DNA of 64,000 nucleotides, from IMG/VR virus record IMGVR_UViG_3300037805_000644, positions 1-64,000 of that record; one strand, 5' to 3'. Of this stretch, positions 17,570 to 25,572 are shown in pieces. The notes beneath the pieces were generated by a model. That model was given only the letters and a program-made list of their open reading frames with translations, did not search any database and was not told the DNA's origin. Each line of letters opens with the position of its first letter. Position 1 is the stretch's first letter. A program made the translations under genes and the position numbers.

Positions 17570-20540
17570 TCTCGTTGACGACTACCTCGTCGTCCCCGAA
17601 GAGTTCCCTCCATGGTTCCAGATCGTTAAGCATCGTACCGTCCGGCAGCTTGATGCGGAGCAACCTGGTGCCGCGTCCTCGACATGCCAGGATGACCCTG
17701 GCCAGATCATCTACCGTCTCGTAACGGAGGGGGCTCCCAACCTCAAAAACGTACACGTCACCTTTCGCGAGCCCGACGGGGGGCCCTGCTGGCATCTGGT
17801 TGGCGACTGCCTCACTGGCCAGTCGGGCGATGGGGCCTTCCTCGAAAGGAGGCGCCACCCGGGGGAGGTCTTCTCGGTACACATCCAGTTCCGGCGAGTC
17901 ATGTGGGATGATCTCGTCGATGTGGTCCGGCTGCACCACCTCCATAGAGGGGATGGTGGTGAGGTGTGGGTACAAGGGCCCACCCACAACTTCCTCTTGA
18001 GGGGCCGACTCAACCACTGCGACCGCCGGCTTGGCGCCAGGCATCTTGGACGGGTCCTCCAAGAAAGCGTCCACCTCCTCGAAGGTGTGCATCTTGAAGT
18101 AAGGGGCCAGGTCCGCAGGGAACTTGGACATGGCATCCCAGACGAGACCCGCCGCCTCTGCTTTCTCAGGCTTCTTGAACTTCTTGTTGCCGTTGAACTT
18201 GACCTCGCCGGCACGCATCGAGTTGAGGTCCCAGGGCACATCCCAAGAGTCTCCGATCTCCACGTCGGAGACCAGCGGCACCGGCCACTTCTTTGCCAAG
18301 ATGAAAGGGTTGGCGCCCATGATGGGCTTGATGACCTCGATGGCCTCCTCCAGCACGGATCCGCAGATGTCGAACACCAGCTCATCGTGCATGGTGATGA
18401 TCATCAAGACCTTTTCTTCGGCCCACCCCCGCTTCTTGCACTCCTTGTACACCAGGGCCATGGCGATCTTGGTGATGTCCGCCGACGAACCCTGGATGGG
18501 GCCGTTCACAGAGTTCCGCTCTGCCTTGGAACGGAAGCCTCCATCCTCATGGTTGATGTCGGGAACCGGATACTTGCGGCCAAAGGCCGTCAGCACGTAC
18601 TCATGCTTGCGAGCGAACGCCCACTGGACCTTCCACCAGCCCGACAGGGTCTTGTAGGTCTCGTCGAACTGCCGCTTGATGCGCCAGCCTTCGTTCTTGC
18701 CGCAGCCCGTCGCCCGGATCACCGCGTTGCCGCCACCACCGTAACACAGGGCGAAGTTGGTCGCCTTGGCGTTCTGCCGGAGGTGCTTCCACTCAGGCTT
18801 CTCAGTGGCGTCGTCACCGTAAACCGACAGGGCCGTCAGGGAGTGAAGGTCACCGATCTTGTCAGAGCCACAGTTTGGGCACCGGCAGGGCGGTGCCTTG
18901 GGAGTCTTGGTCCCGTCCCCTCGATCAAAGGACCTTGAACAGGTACTGCACCGGAAGAACTCGGTCAGCCACTTGGGTTCCCGGCTCAGGTTGGTGACGA
19001 GCCGCAGCTCGACACCAGAAAAGTCGATGGCGACGATGTAACGGCGAGGCGAACCCGGTTTCTTGGGGGGCCTTGCCGCGATGCACTCCCGCAGGCGCCT
19101 CATGCACTCCGGGCGGTCGGGGTTGTACGTGGCGGGCAGTGACTGGAGGTTCATCTGGGGCCAGCCGGGGAGCTGGACCCGGGCCTTGGCTGGGGTGGCG
19201 AAACGTCCCGTGTCCACCTTGTGGGCACGGAAATTGACCCGCATCGTCCCGTCGGTCTCGTCTGCCCACTCCAACATGGGGAACAGGTAGTTCGTGAGAG
19301 CCTTGTGGACCTCACGGAACCGCTTGACCTTGCCCATGTAAGGGAACTTCTTGGCAGCACGTTCAACGATGAGGTCCAGCACGTCTTTCGAGGTCTTGAC
19401 CTGGCCGGATTTCTCAGTGAACACCAGACCGGGGACACCCAGCTCCCAGAACATCTGCCCAAGCTGCTTGGGGCTTGCCACATCATAAATCGGAGGCCAT
19501 GCCTTGCCGAGCTTGTCGATGGGCTGCTTGGGGTCGGGGTACTTGCGCTGGTACTGGTTCTTGGCCCGCTGAATCTGCTCATTGAGCAGGTTGTCGGGAT
19601 CGTTGGCGTCAAACCGATCCCGCAGCATCTTGTAGTAGCCCGGCATCACGTCTCGACCCAGGGCCTCCCCCACCGCACTGTACAGGTCGAAAACGGACTC
19701 GAACCACTCTTGCTGCCCGAGCTGGAGGAGTTCGAGCACCTTCTCCTTGTCCCGGTAAATGCGGTTGCGGTGCATCCACCGGATGGAGGCCACACAGCTC
19801 TTCTCAATGAGGTAAATGCGTTTCTGGCTGTGTCCCCCTGCGGGGGTCATCACCAGCGGATGGAACTTCTCGAAGAGCCTGTAGGTGAAGATGCCATCAC
19901 CGCCGCCATACCACGTCACCTCGACCCGGGCCGGGTCGAGGGTCGAGAAGTCCATGTCTCCCTTGTGCCCCTCAGGGAACAGCTCGGCGAGGTGGATCTG
20001 ATCGAACCCCAGCTCCTTGTCGGTCAGGCTCTTGAGCCGTTTGTCACGGCGCCGGGGGTTCTCCAGGTATGCCAGGATCTCGGTGTCTTCCCAGGTGCTG
20101 GGCTTGTCCCAGTCCCCGAAAGCGACCCCGCCCCAGTACGTCAGGAACACCTGATCGAAGATCCCGCCATGGAAGATCGCCCGCACCTTTTTGGCGACGG
20201 TGGCCGCCATGAGGCGCTGGAACTCTTTCTCGAAAACTGACCAGGTGACGTTGTGCTCAACACCCTCCTTGTGGCGGAGCGGGATGTAGTAACCCGTGAC
20301 ACCATCGGGGCACAGGCAAACCCCAACCATCTGGTCAACCGTGCGCCCGTTGAAGACCCGGTTGTCGAGCCCAGTGGTCTCCAGGTCGAGGGCATAGTAG
20401 CCGTTGGGTGCGTCAAGGCAGTGGTCAATGCATTGGGTGATGTTGTCGTTGGTGACCTGAACGAAGGTGCATTCCTTCATCCACTCACGAGCTTCGATCT
20501 GCGGGTACTGCTGATCGATCAAAAAGTCGAGTCCGTCCAA
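17529..20540 (-). CDS. polA: Family A DNA polymerase with 3'-5' exonuclease
   Basis: ALDLETTG (ExoI), IDFSGVELR (motif A), RQNAKATNFALCYGG (B), NGPIQGSSAD, TMHDELV (C); TTG start with GGAGG. Confidence 0.95.
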   Translation of the reverse strand: MDGLDFLIDQQYPQIEAREWMKECTFVQVTNDNITQCIDHCLDAPNGYYALDLETTGLDNRVFNGRTVDQMVGVCLCPDGVTGYYIPLRHKEGVEHNVTWSVFEKEFQRLMAATVAKKVRAIFHGGIFDQVFLTYWGGVAFGDWDKPSTWEDTEILAYLENPRRRDKRLKSLTDKELGFDQIHLAELFPEGHKGDMDFSTLDPARVEVTWYGGGDGIFTYRLFEKFHPLVMTPAGGHSQKRIYLIEKSCVASIRWMHRNRIYRDKEKVLELLQLGQQEWFESVFDLYSAVGEALGRDVMPGYYKMLRDRFDANDPDNLLNEQIQRAKNQYQRKYPDPKQPIDKLGKAWPPIYDVASPKQLGQMFWELGVPGLVFTEKSGQVKTSKDVLDLIVERAAKKFPYMGKVKRFREVHKALTNYLFPMLEWADETDGTMRVNFRAHKVDTGRFATPAKARVQLPGWPQMNLQSLPATYNPDRPECMRRLRECIAARPPKKPGSPRRYIVAIDFSGVELRLVTNLSREPKWLTEFFRCSTCSRSFDRGDGTKTPKAPPCRCPNCGSDKIGDLHSLTALSVYGDDATEKPEWKHLRQNAKATNFALCYGGGGNAVIRATGCGKNEGWRIKRQFDETYKTLSGWWKVQWAFARKHEYVLTAFGRKYPVPDINHEDGGFRSKAERNSVNGPIQGSSADITKIAMALVYKECKKRGWAEEKVLMIITMHDELVFDICGSVLEEAIEVIKPIMGANPFILAKKWPVPLVSDVEIGDSWDVPWDLNSMRAGEVKFNGNKKFKKPEKAEAAGLVWDAMSKFPADLAPYFKMHTFEEVDAFLEDPSKMPGAKPAVAVVESAPQEEVVGGPLYPHLTTIPSMEVVQPDHIDEIIPHDSPELDVYREDLPRVAPPFEEGPIARLASEAVANQMPAGPPVGLAKGDVYVFEVGSPLRYETVDDLARVILACRGRGTRLLRIKLPDGTMLNDLEPWRELFGDDEVVVNENEFFYTARARGLC

Positions 20541-20576
20541 GGGGGCCTCCGTAGGTGGTCCGCCCTCTCTACCCCG

Positions 20577-21053
20577 TTAGAGGCTGAACTCACCCCCCAC
20601 TGCAACAAGCACGTAACGGCCGGTTTTCCATGCCTGAACCACCAGGGAGGCGGCGACGGAGGCGGCGTCTTCTAGGGGGGCCTCGTAACACTCAGGGGTA
20701 TCTTGGCAAGGGAAACACACCCTCTTGTCGAACAGGAGGCACCCCCCAGACACCCGGCAATCGCGGATGTCTGGGGGGACCATCTTGAGCAACCGCTCCG
20801 GCGGCCTGCCGATGGACCGCATCAGGGGTGTTCCCCGTCCATGGGCCGCGTGGCTCAGGTCTTCACCCTGCACCACGGGGATCAGGTCCTCAAAGGGGGT
20901 ACCTTTAAGGACCCCCAGAACCCCCCAGGCACCGTCAGCATCAGGGATGGGGCGGAGGACCTGGATGGCCCCCCAGTCGGGGGTCGTGAGGGTGAAACGG
21001 CGGATTCCGTCTTCGAGATCAGAAAGCATCAGACCCAGCCTCCATAATCCCAC
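20577..21053 (-). CDS. Cys-rich hypothetical protein
   Basis: ORF packed upstream of the polymerase; several Cys in the C-terminal half. Confidence 0.6.
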   Translation of the reverse strand: MGLWRLGLMLSDLEDGIRRFTLTTPDWGAIQVLRPIPDADGAWGVLGVLKGTPFEDLIPVVQGEDLSHAAHGRGTPLMRSIGRPPERLLKMVPPDIRDCRVSGGCLLFDKRVCFPCQDTPECYEAPLEDAASVAASLVVQAWKTGRYVLVAVGGEFSL

Positions 21054-21241
21054 TCAGTGATGAGGAACATCACCGCCTCACCCTCGTCGTCGGTGACCTG
21101 GTGGTCCTTGGTGGGGCGATCCCACAACCAATCGCGGCGGAGGGTGTACCCCCGCCCTTTGAGGAAAGCCTCTGCCTTGTCCTCCCCGACTCCCTGCACG
21201 CCTCCCCATTTCTCTCTCAGCTCAGGACTCGCTTGTGGCAC
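21029..21241 (-). CDS. Small hypothetical protein
   Basis: GTG at 21241 with AAGGAG SD. Confidence 0.5.
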   Translation of the reverse strand: MPQASPELREKWGGVQGVGEDKAEAFLKGRGYTLRRDWLWDRPTKDHQVTDDEGEAVMFLITEWDYGGWV

Positions 21242-21836
21242 TTGCCCACTCCTTGTATCTCTCCAGGGCACGTCCCCGGAGCTTGGCCAGGGCCAGCCGG
21301 CCCTGGCGTTCATCGAGCCTCTTACCCTTCTCGTCAAGGGTGAGGTAGATAATTTTGTCGTAAGCCTCCCAGAGAGAGGCAGCCAGTTTTGGGGTCAGGT
21401 CCCGCTCCGAGGTGTAGCTCTGGAGCGTTGTCTCCAACGACTTGCGGTCATCCTCGAATGTGCGTCCTGGTTTGAGGGTCTGGGCGACCTCCTCACCCAC
21501 CAACACCCGCCGTTCATCACCAGCCTCCCAGGACATTGCAGGCAGGTTGTAGGTGCGCTCCAACCAGCCGATGGCCTCCATGAATTGGAGGCCGCGTTTC
21601 TCCCGGACGGTCTCGACCTGGTCTCGGGTCTTGTCACAGGCAAAGCAGTACCAGCTCTTGCTCTCAGGGTACACGCGGGCAGAGGGCTTCCCATCCAGCC
21701 CGTCACCGTGGAGATCACAGGAGAACTGCTGTTCCCGATCCATCCCCGTACGGACGGGGTAACCGAAATCCTCCAGGAGCTGGATGATGTCGATCTCTTC
21801 CTTGACCCGTTCGAGGCGTCGCTCAGATCTGCTCAT
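21222..21836 (-). CDS. Primase CHC2 zinc-binding-domain protein (no TOPRIM)
   Basis: ERVKEEIDIIQLL...CDLHGD..KPSARVY..WYCFAC...FMEAIGWL. Confidence 0.85.
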   Translation of the reverse strand: MSRSERRLERVKEEIDIIQLLEDFGYPVRTGMDREQQFSCDLHGDGLDGKPSARVYPESKSWYCFACDKTRDQVETVREKRGLQFMEAIGWLERTYNLPAMSWEAGDERRVLVGEEVAQTLKPGRTFEDDRKSLETTLQSYTSERDLTPKLAASLWEAYDKIIYLTLDEKGKRLDERQGRLALAKLRGRALERYKEWASATSES

Positions 21837-21843
21837 GGTAAGT

Positions 21844-21869
21844 CTACTCCTTTGTGAGGCAGGCTTACC
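21844..21869 (-). promoter_or_regulatory. Promoter motif variant
   Basis: GGTAAG-N14-GAGTAG. Confidence 0.45.
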
Positions 21870-21893
21870 CCTAAAGGTGGAGGAGTAGGGAAT

Positions 21894-21969
21894 TACCCGT
21901 TGAAGAGGGGAGAGTGGGGTGAGGGATACCCATTGAAGAGGGGAGAGTGGGGGGGGTTACCCGTTGAAG
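21894..21969 (+). repeat. 31-33 bp direct repeats
   Basis: TACCC(G/A)TTGAAGAGGGGAGAGTGGGG at 21894 and 21927, partial copy at 21958. Confidence 0.8.
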
Positions 21970-22823
21970 TCGACCACCTTCGCCGGCGTGACCGAGCGGG
22001 GGGTCCACCGCTTGTTGACAGTACCTCTCCCCTCTACCCAGAGACGGGCGCAGGTGGCCAGCCGCAGGTAACACTCACGCCAGGCGTTGTACCCCGCACC
22101 CCACTTGTAGTTCATGACCTCCACGGCCATTTGGGTGGCATCCCGAGCCGGCCCATTTTTGACACCTTCATCTTCAAGTACGGCTTTCCAGAAAGGAACG
22201 ATCTCGGCGCCATAGCGGCGGAGGGTCAGGAAGATACCTGCCATCACATCCGACTTGATCCACTTGGGCAGATCGAGGTTGTCCGCAAGCACCAGCTCCT
22301 CAGACCAATCCTCCACCAACTTTGCCAGGCGCTTGGGGTTGGATCCCGCATGTCGACCACTGGCCTGATCCAGCGCCGACTTCCAGGAACGATTCTTAAA
22401 CCGGCTGCTTTGCAGGCTCAGCCCCATGCCGTTGGCCATCCCCAGGATCAGCTCCCCTGCATCCTTGCCGGCCTCGCGGGAGTCGAACACGTAATAGAGG
22501 TCCAGGAACTCCTGGGGGGACTTAACAACGTATTTTGCCACCCAGAGAGTGGCAGGTGGGGTGAGCTTCCCCTCCTCCCAAAGGGAGGTGCGGGTATGGC
22601 CGTCTACCTTGTAGGTGACGCCTCCGAACTCGACGGCAGCGGTGACTCCGTGGCTGATGTGATCGCTGGCGAGGTGCTTGCGCCGCACCTTCTTGAGCCG
22701 TTTCTCCGTAGGGCGCTGGCGAGGGTGATCGGGCAGACCAGCCCACTCTGCATAGGGCATTTGAACCACGGTGAGGGTGGGGGCGAGGAGGGCAGTGAGT
22801 GGGTTCGTGGTGGTGGTGGGCAT
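21957..22823 (-). CDS. ParB/Srx-like (DGQHR-type) domain protein
   Basis: HPRQR and YKVDGHTR motifs; ATG 22823 with GGAG SD. Confidence 0.6.
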   Translation of the reverse strand: MPTTTTNPLTALLAPTLTVVQMPYAEWAGLPDHPRQRPTEKRLKKVRRKHLASDHISHGVTAAVEFGGVTYKVDGHTRTSLWEEGKLTPPATLWVAKYVVKSPQEFLDLYYVFDSREAGKDAGELILGMANGMGLSLQSSRFKNRSWKSALDQASGRHAGSNPKRLAKLVEDWSEELVLADNLDLPKWIKSDVMAGIFLTLRRYGAEIVPFWKAVLEDEGVKNGPARDATQMAVEVMNYKWGAGYNAWRECYLRLATCARLWVEGRGTVNKRWTPRSVTPAKVVDFNG

Positions 22824-22871
22824 GGTAACTCCAGCATTTTTTTTTGGGGGGGGGTTGATCCCCTCCATGCC

Positions 22872-23753
22872 TTAACTACTATGTGGTGGGCTACCGTTAC
22901 CTCTTTTATCTGGCCCCATGAACATTTCGCAGAATTCAGGGATAGCGATCCTCATCCTTTTTCGGGCAATCTCCAGGTATTTCGGGGAGATATCCACACC
23001 TAAGAAGTCTCTGAGGTTATTGCCGGCAGCAACGCCTGTGGTGCCACTGCCACAGAAAGGGTCAAGAACCAGATCACCCTCTTTGGTGAACAGCTTAACG
23101 AAAAAATCAGGAAGGGCCACTGGGAATGCGGCTGGGTGTCCTAGATTTCGGGTCTCCGTCGGGAGGTGCAGGACATTGCTCGGGAAAACCATTTTCCGGT
23201 CTTTCCAAACCCCCGTGTTTTTCGTGTACCCTGAACCCGTCCCAGACATCACCTGACCAACGCTCTCCCCTTGTGTCCAATCTCCCACCGGAACACGGAC
23301 ATTATCCTGGTACATCAAGAACTTGCGGTTCTTGTTAAACTGTAGGATCCGTTCCCAAGAATCCCTGAAACGATTAGGCCATTTACCCGGTGTGGTGTTC
23401 TTTTTGTGCCAGATGAATTCCTCAGTCCAAATCCACCCCTGAGAGCGCATCGCCTGGATCAAATCCAGAACGTAGGTATGCCGCTCCCCGCGATGCACAT
23501 GCTCCTTGATGTTCACAAGCAGGGTGCCCGAGTCCTCCAACACCCTGTAAAGTTCCAAGGAGACATCCCTCCACCACTCCACGTAATCGTTTGCAGGGAT
23601 GCCCCCGTAAGTGGCTTTCCGCTGAGTTGCATAGGGAGGTGAGGTGAAGATAAGCTGGACACTCCCACTCTCAAGCCCTCCCAACGCCAGGGGCACAGCC
23701 CCTTCAATCAAATCCCACTCAACCACGCTTGTCTCCTTCGGAGTTAGCCGCAT
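22872..23753 (-). CDS. Complete beta-class N4/N6 DNA methyltransferase
   Basis: FTSPPY catalytic motif, HPAAFP, VLDPFCGSGTT SAM-binding motif. Confidence 0.92.
   Translation of the reverse strand: MRLTPKETSVVEWDLIEGAVPLALGGLESGSVQLIFTSPPYATQRKATYGGIPANDYVEWWRDVSLELYRVLEDSGTLLVNIKEHVHRGERHTYVLDLIQAMRSQGWIWTEEFIWHKKNTTPGKWPNRFRDSWERILQFNKNRKFLMYQDNVRVPVGDWTQGESVGQVMSGTGSGYTKNTGVWKDRKMVFPSNVLHLPTETRNLGHPAAFPVALPDFFVKLFTKEGDLVLDPFCGSGTTGVAAGNNLRDFLGVDISPKYLEIARKRMRIAIPEFCEMFMGPDKRGNGSPPHSS
22876..22901 (-). promoter_or_regulatory. Recurrent promoter-like motif
   Basis: GGTAAC-N14-TAGTAG. Confidence 0.7.
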
Positions 23754-24362
23754 GTACAGGTTTCCGGGCCGTCAGAAAGGGCTCCCAGGAGGGGCGCACG
23801 GCTGTGCCGTAACCATCCCAGAACTGGGCCTCCTTTGTGGTGGGTTCAGTGATGTACTGCACCCCTGCCGAACCGGCATCCCCACTGCCAACCAGGGTGT
23901 CGAACCCCCGACCACCCTTGCGCTTAGAGTTCGGGCGACTGGAGGGGTTGACCCCCACCGGCGTCCCCTCGAAACCCAACCGCTTGTCGATGGATTTGCT
24001 GATGTTCAGGTTTTTAGGGAAGCCTGTGCCGTACCCCCAGGCTTCGAGGCTGAGGTCCGTGAACCCCGCCTCCTCAAGGACCTGTGCCAGCCGGTGATAG
24101 GTGCGGGCGGCCGAGAACACCTTGACCACCCCGCCAGGCTTGAGCTTCTGGTAAATGAGGGTCCAGAGATCTGCATCGAAAGCGATCCCCGAGCGGTCCC
24201 ATTTCTTGCCCATGAATCCAATCTCAGGTATTATTACTCGTAGGGGGGATCGGTGATGACAGCGACGATTGAGTCGTCGTCCAGCTCCAGCAGGCGCACT
24301 TGGCAAGCACCCAACCACAGCAGGAATGTCAGATCCCCCCTACGAGCCTTATTTTCCAGCAT
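23719..24362 (-). CDS. Methyltransferase fragment A (catalytic half), interrupted by an 11-nt gap after DPPYE
   Basis: ..DDDSIVAVITDPPYE [TAATAATACCT] (E)IGFMGKKWD..LKPGG..RTYHRL..YGTGFPK..WDGYGTAVRPSWEP..ARKP; 209 aa if the gap is bypassed; no FxGxG. Confidence 0.75.
24237..24346. repeat. Perfect 15-bp inverted repeat of the DPPYE codons
   Basis: CTCGTAGGGGGGATC (24237-24251) / GATCCCCCCTACGAG (24332-24346). Confidence 0.9.
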
Positions 24363-24374
24363 CGAGGGTTCCTC

Positions 24375-25175
24375 ATGAAAGTTCAACGCACATGCCCAAT
24401 ATGCGGCAAGGTCTACAAAGCAGACAGTACCCGGCTCAGGCATGGGAGGCAGACCACCTGCTCTCGTGCTTGCTCTTACTCGCTCCGGGGGGGGAAACGA
24501 GCTACCTCCACTGAGATCACCTGCACCACCTGCGGGAGTTCTTTCACACGCCCCCCCAGCCAGATGAAATCACGCCATGGGGGATCTTTCTGTTCAACTG
24601 AGTGCCATTACAAAGGTCGGGGTCTCGGCCACGTCCAGAGAATCGTGGAGGACGGATATGACCTCACGCCCGAGGGGCGTGCCTCTCTTTCCGTTCGCCG
24701 CAGGGAGGCCAACTTCAAACGCAAAGCCGAAGGCAGATACGGCCACACCGAGGAAACCCGAAAGAAACTCTCAGCCTCAACCGCTAAGGCCATTGCTGAG
24801 GGCCGGATCCCACGAATCTCCAAGTTTGAGCGGGAGGTGGGGGTGGTGCTGAGGAGCTTGGGGGTCAAAGCCCAACCCCAGCACGGCATCCGGGATGCTC
24901 AAGGGAGATTCCGTGCGGTGCTGGATTTCTGGCTGCCCGAGCTGGGGGTAGGTGTGGAAGCCAACGGCACTTTCTGGCACGCCGACCCTCGGGTTTTCCC
25001 CCAAGGCCCGGAGCACGCCAGCCAAAAGCGAACCGCAGAGAGGTATGCCCGGAAAATGGCTCTGTTAAATCTGCGGGGGGTTCCCGTGATCGAGGTGTGG
25101 GAGAAAGATTTCAGGGAGGACCCTAAGGGGGCCGTTCAGGATGCCCTTCGAGGTCTCAACGCCCCTGGTGATTGA
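24375..25175 (+). mobile_element. Vsr/DUF559-like homing endonuclease with Zn-ribbon repeats and NUMOD3
   Basis: CPICG..CSRAC, CTTCG..FCSTEC, HTEETRKKLS, SKFE..LDF..VEANGTFWH..IEVWE. Confidence 0.85.
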
Positions 25176-25249
25176 GGGGGCCGGGATCCGGCTTTATCGA
25201 TGGCGTCCCGTGCTCGGGCTTTCTGATCTCGTACTCGGCTCATCCCCAT
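25136..25249 (-). CDS. Short ORF behind a promoter; possible orphaned N-terminus of fragment A
   Basis: MGMSRVRDQKARARDAIDKAGSRPPQ runs into the endonuclease 3' end. Confidence 0.35.
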   Translation of the reverse strand: MGMSRVRDQKARARDAIDKAGSRPPQSPGALRPRRAS

Positions 25250-25271
25250 ACCCTTCCGGTGGTCTAGGGGA

Positions 25272-25298
25272 CTACTCAAAACAGGGGTGAGTGTTACC
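25272..25298 (-). promoter_or_regulatory. Promoter motif variant
   Basis: GGTAAC-N15-GAGTAG. Confidence 0.55.
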
Positions 25299-25572
25299 AG
25301 CCCTGGCGGTTGACCGAGCAGGCGTCGATCTCCCCACAGGAGCTGATCTTGGCGAGGCAGGTGGGGTTGAGGGCGTGCCCTCGGGACTGGGTGTCCTCAC
25401 AGAACTGCTGGCAGCTCATCCCGTTGCCCAGGGGCTCACCCTCGGGGCAGCCCAGGTCTGCCATGCGGACACAGGCCGGCTTGCACTGGTCAGTGTCGTT
25501 GGGCTCCACGGGTTTGGGCTGGGGAGCCCCACAGCCCATAAGGAGCAGGACCATCAGGATGATTCGGCTCAT
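25294..25572 (-). CDS. Cys-rich lipoprotein
   Basis: MSRIILMVLLLMG|C lipobox followed by eight further Cys. Confidence 0.8.
   Translation of the reverse strand: MSRIILMVLLLMGCGAPQPKPVEPNDTDQCKPACVRMADLGCPEGEPLGNGMSCQQFCEDTQSRGHALNPTCLAKISSCGEIDACSVNRQGW

Noticed and set aside
22837-22854. T9G9 tract as a phase-variation switch
   Set aside because: Lies upstream of the likely start (22823) and outside the promoter spacer; no evidence of effect
24226-24242. Stop-codon readthrough, alternative genetic code, or a TAC-to-TAC hop
   Set aside because: All keep the original frame, but the continuation is in a different frame; other genes end normally at TAA, TAG and TGA
24237-24346. Invertible DNA switch between the 15-bp inverted repeats
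   Set aside because: The inverted segment gives ..TTAGMSDPPYE, which is not MTase-like and still hits the stop; no recombinase seen nearby
24375-25175. Group I intron carrying the endonuclease
   Set aside because: Flanks are too short for a ribozyme core, the ORF is antisense, and no P7-like elements were recognised
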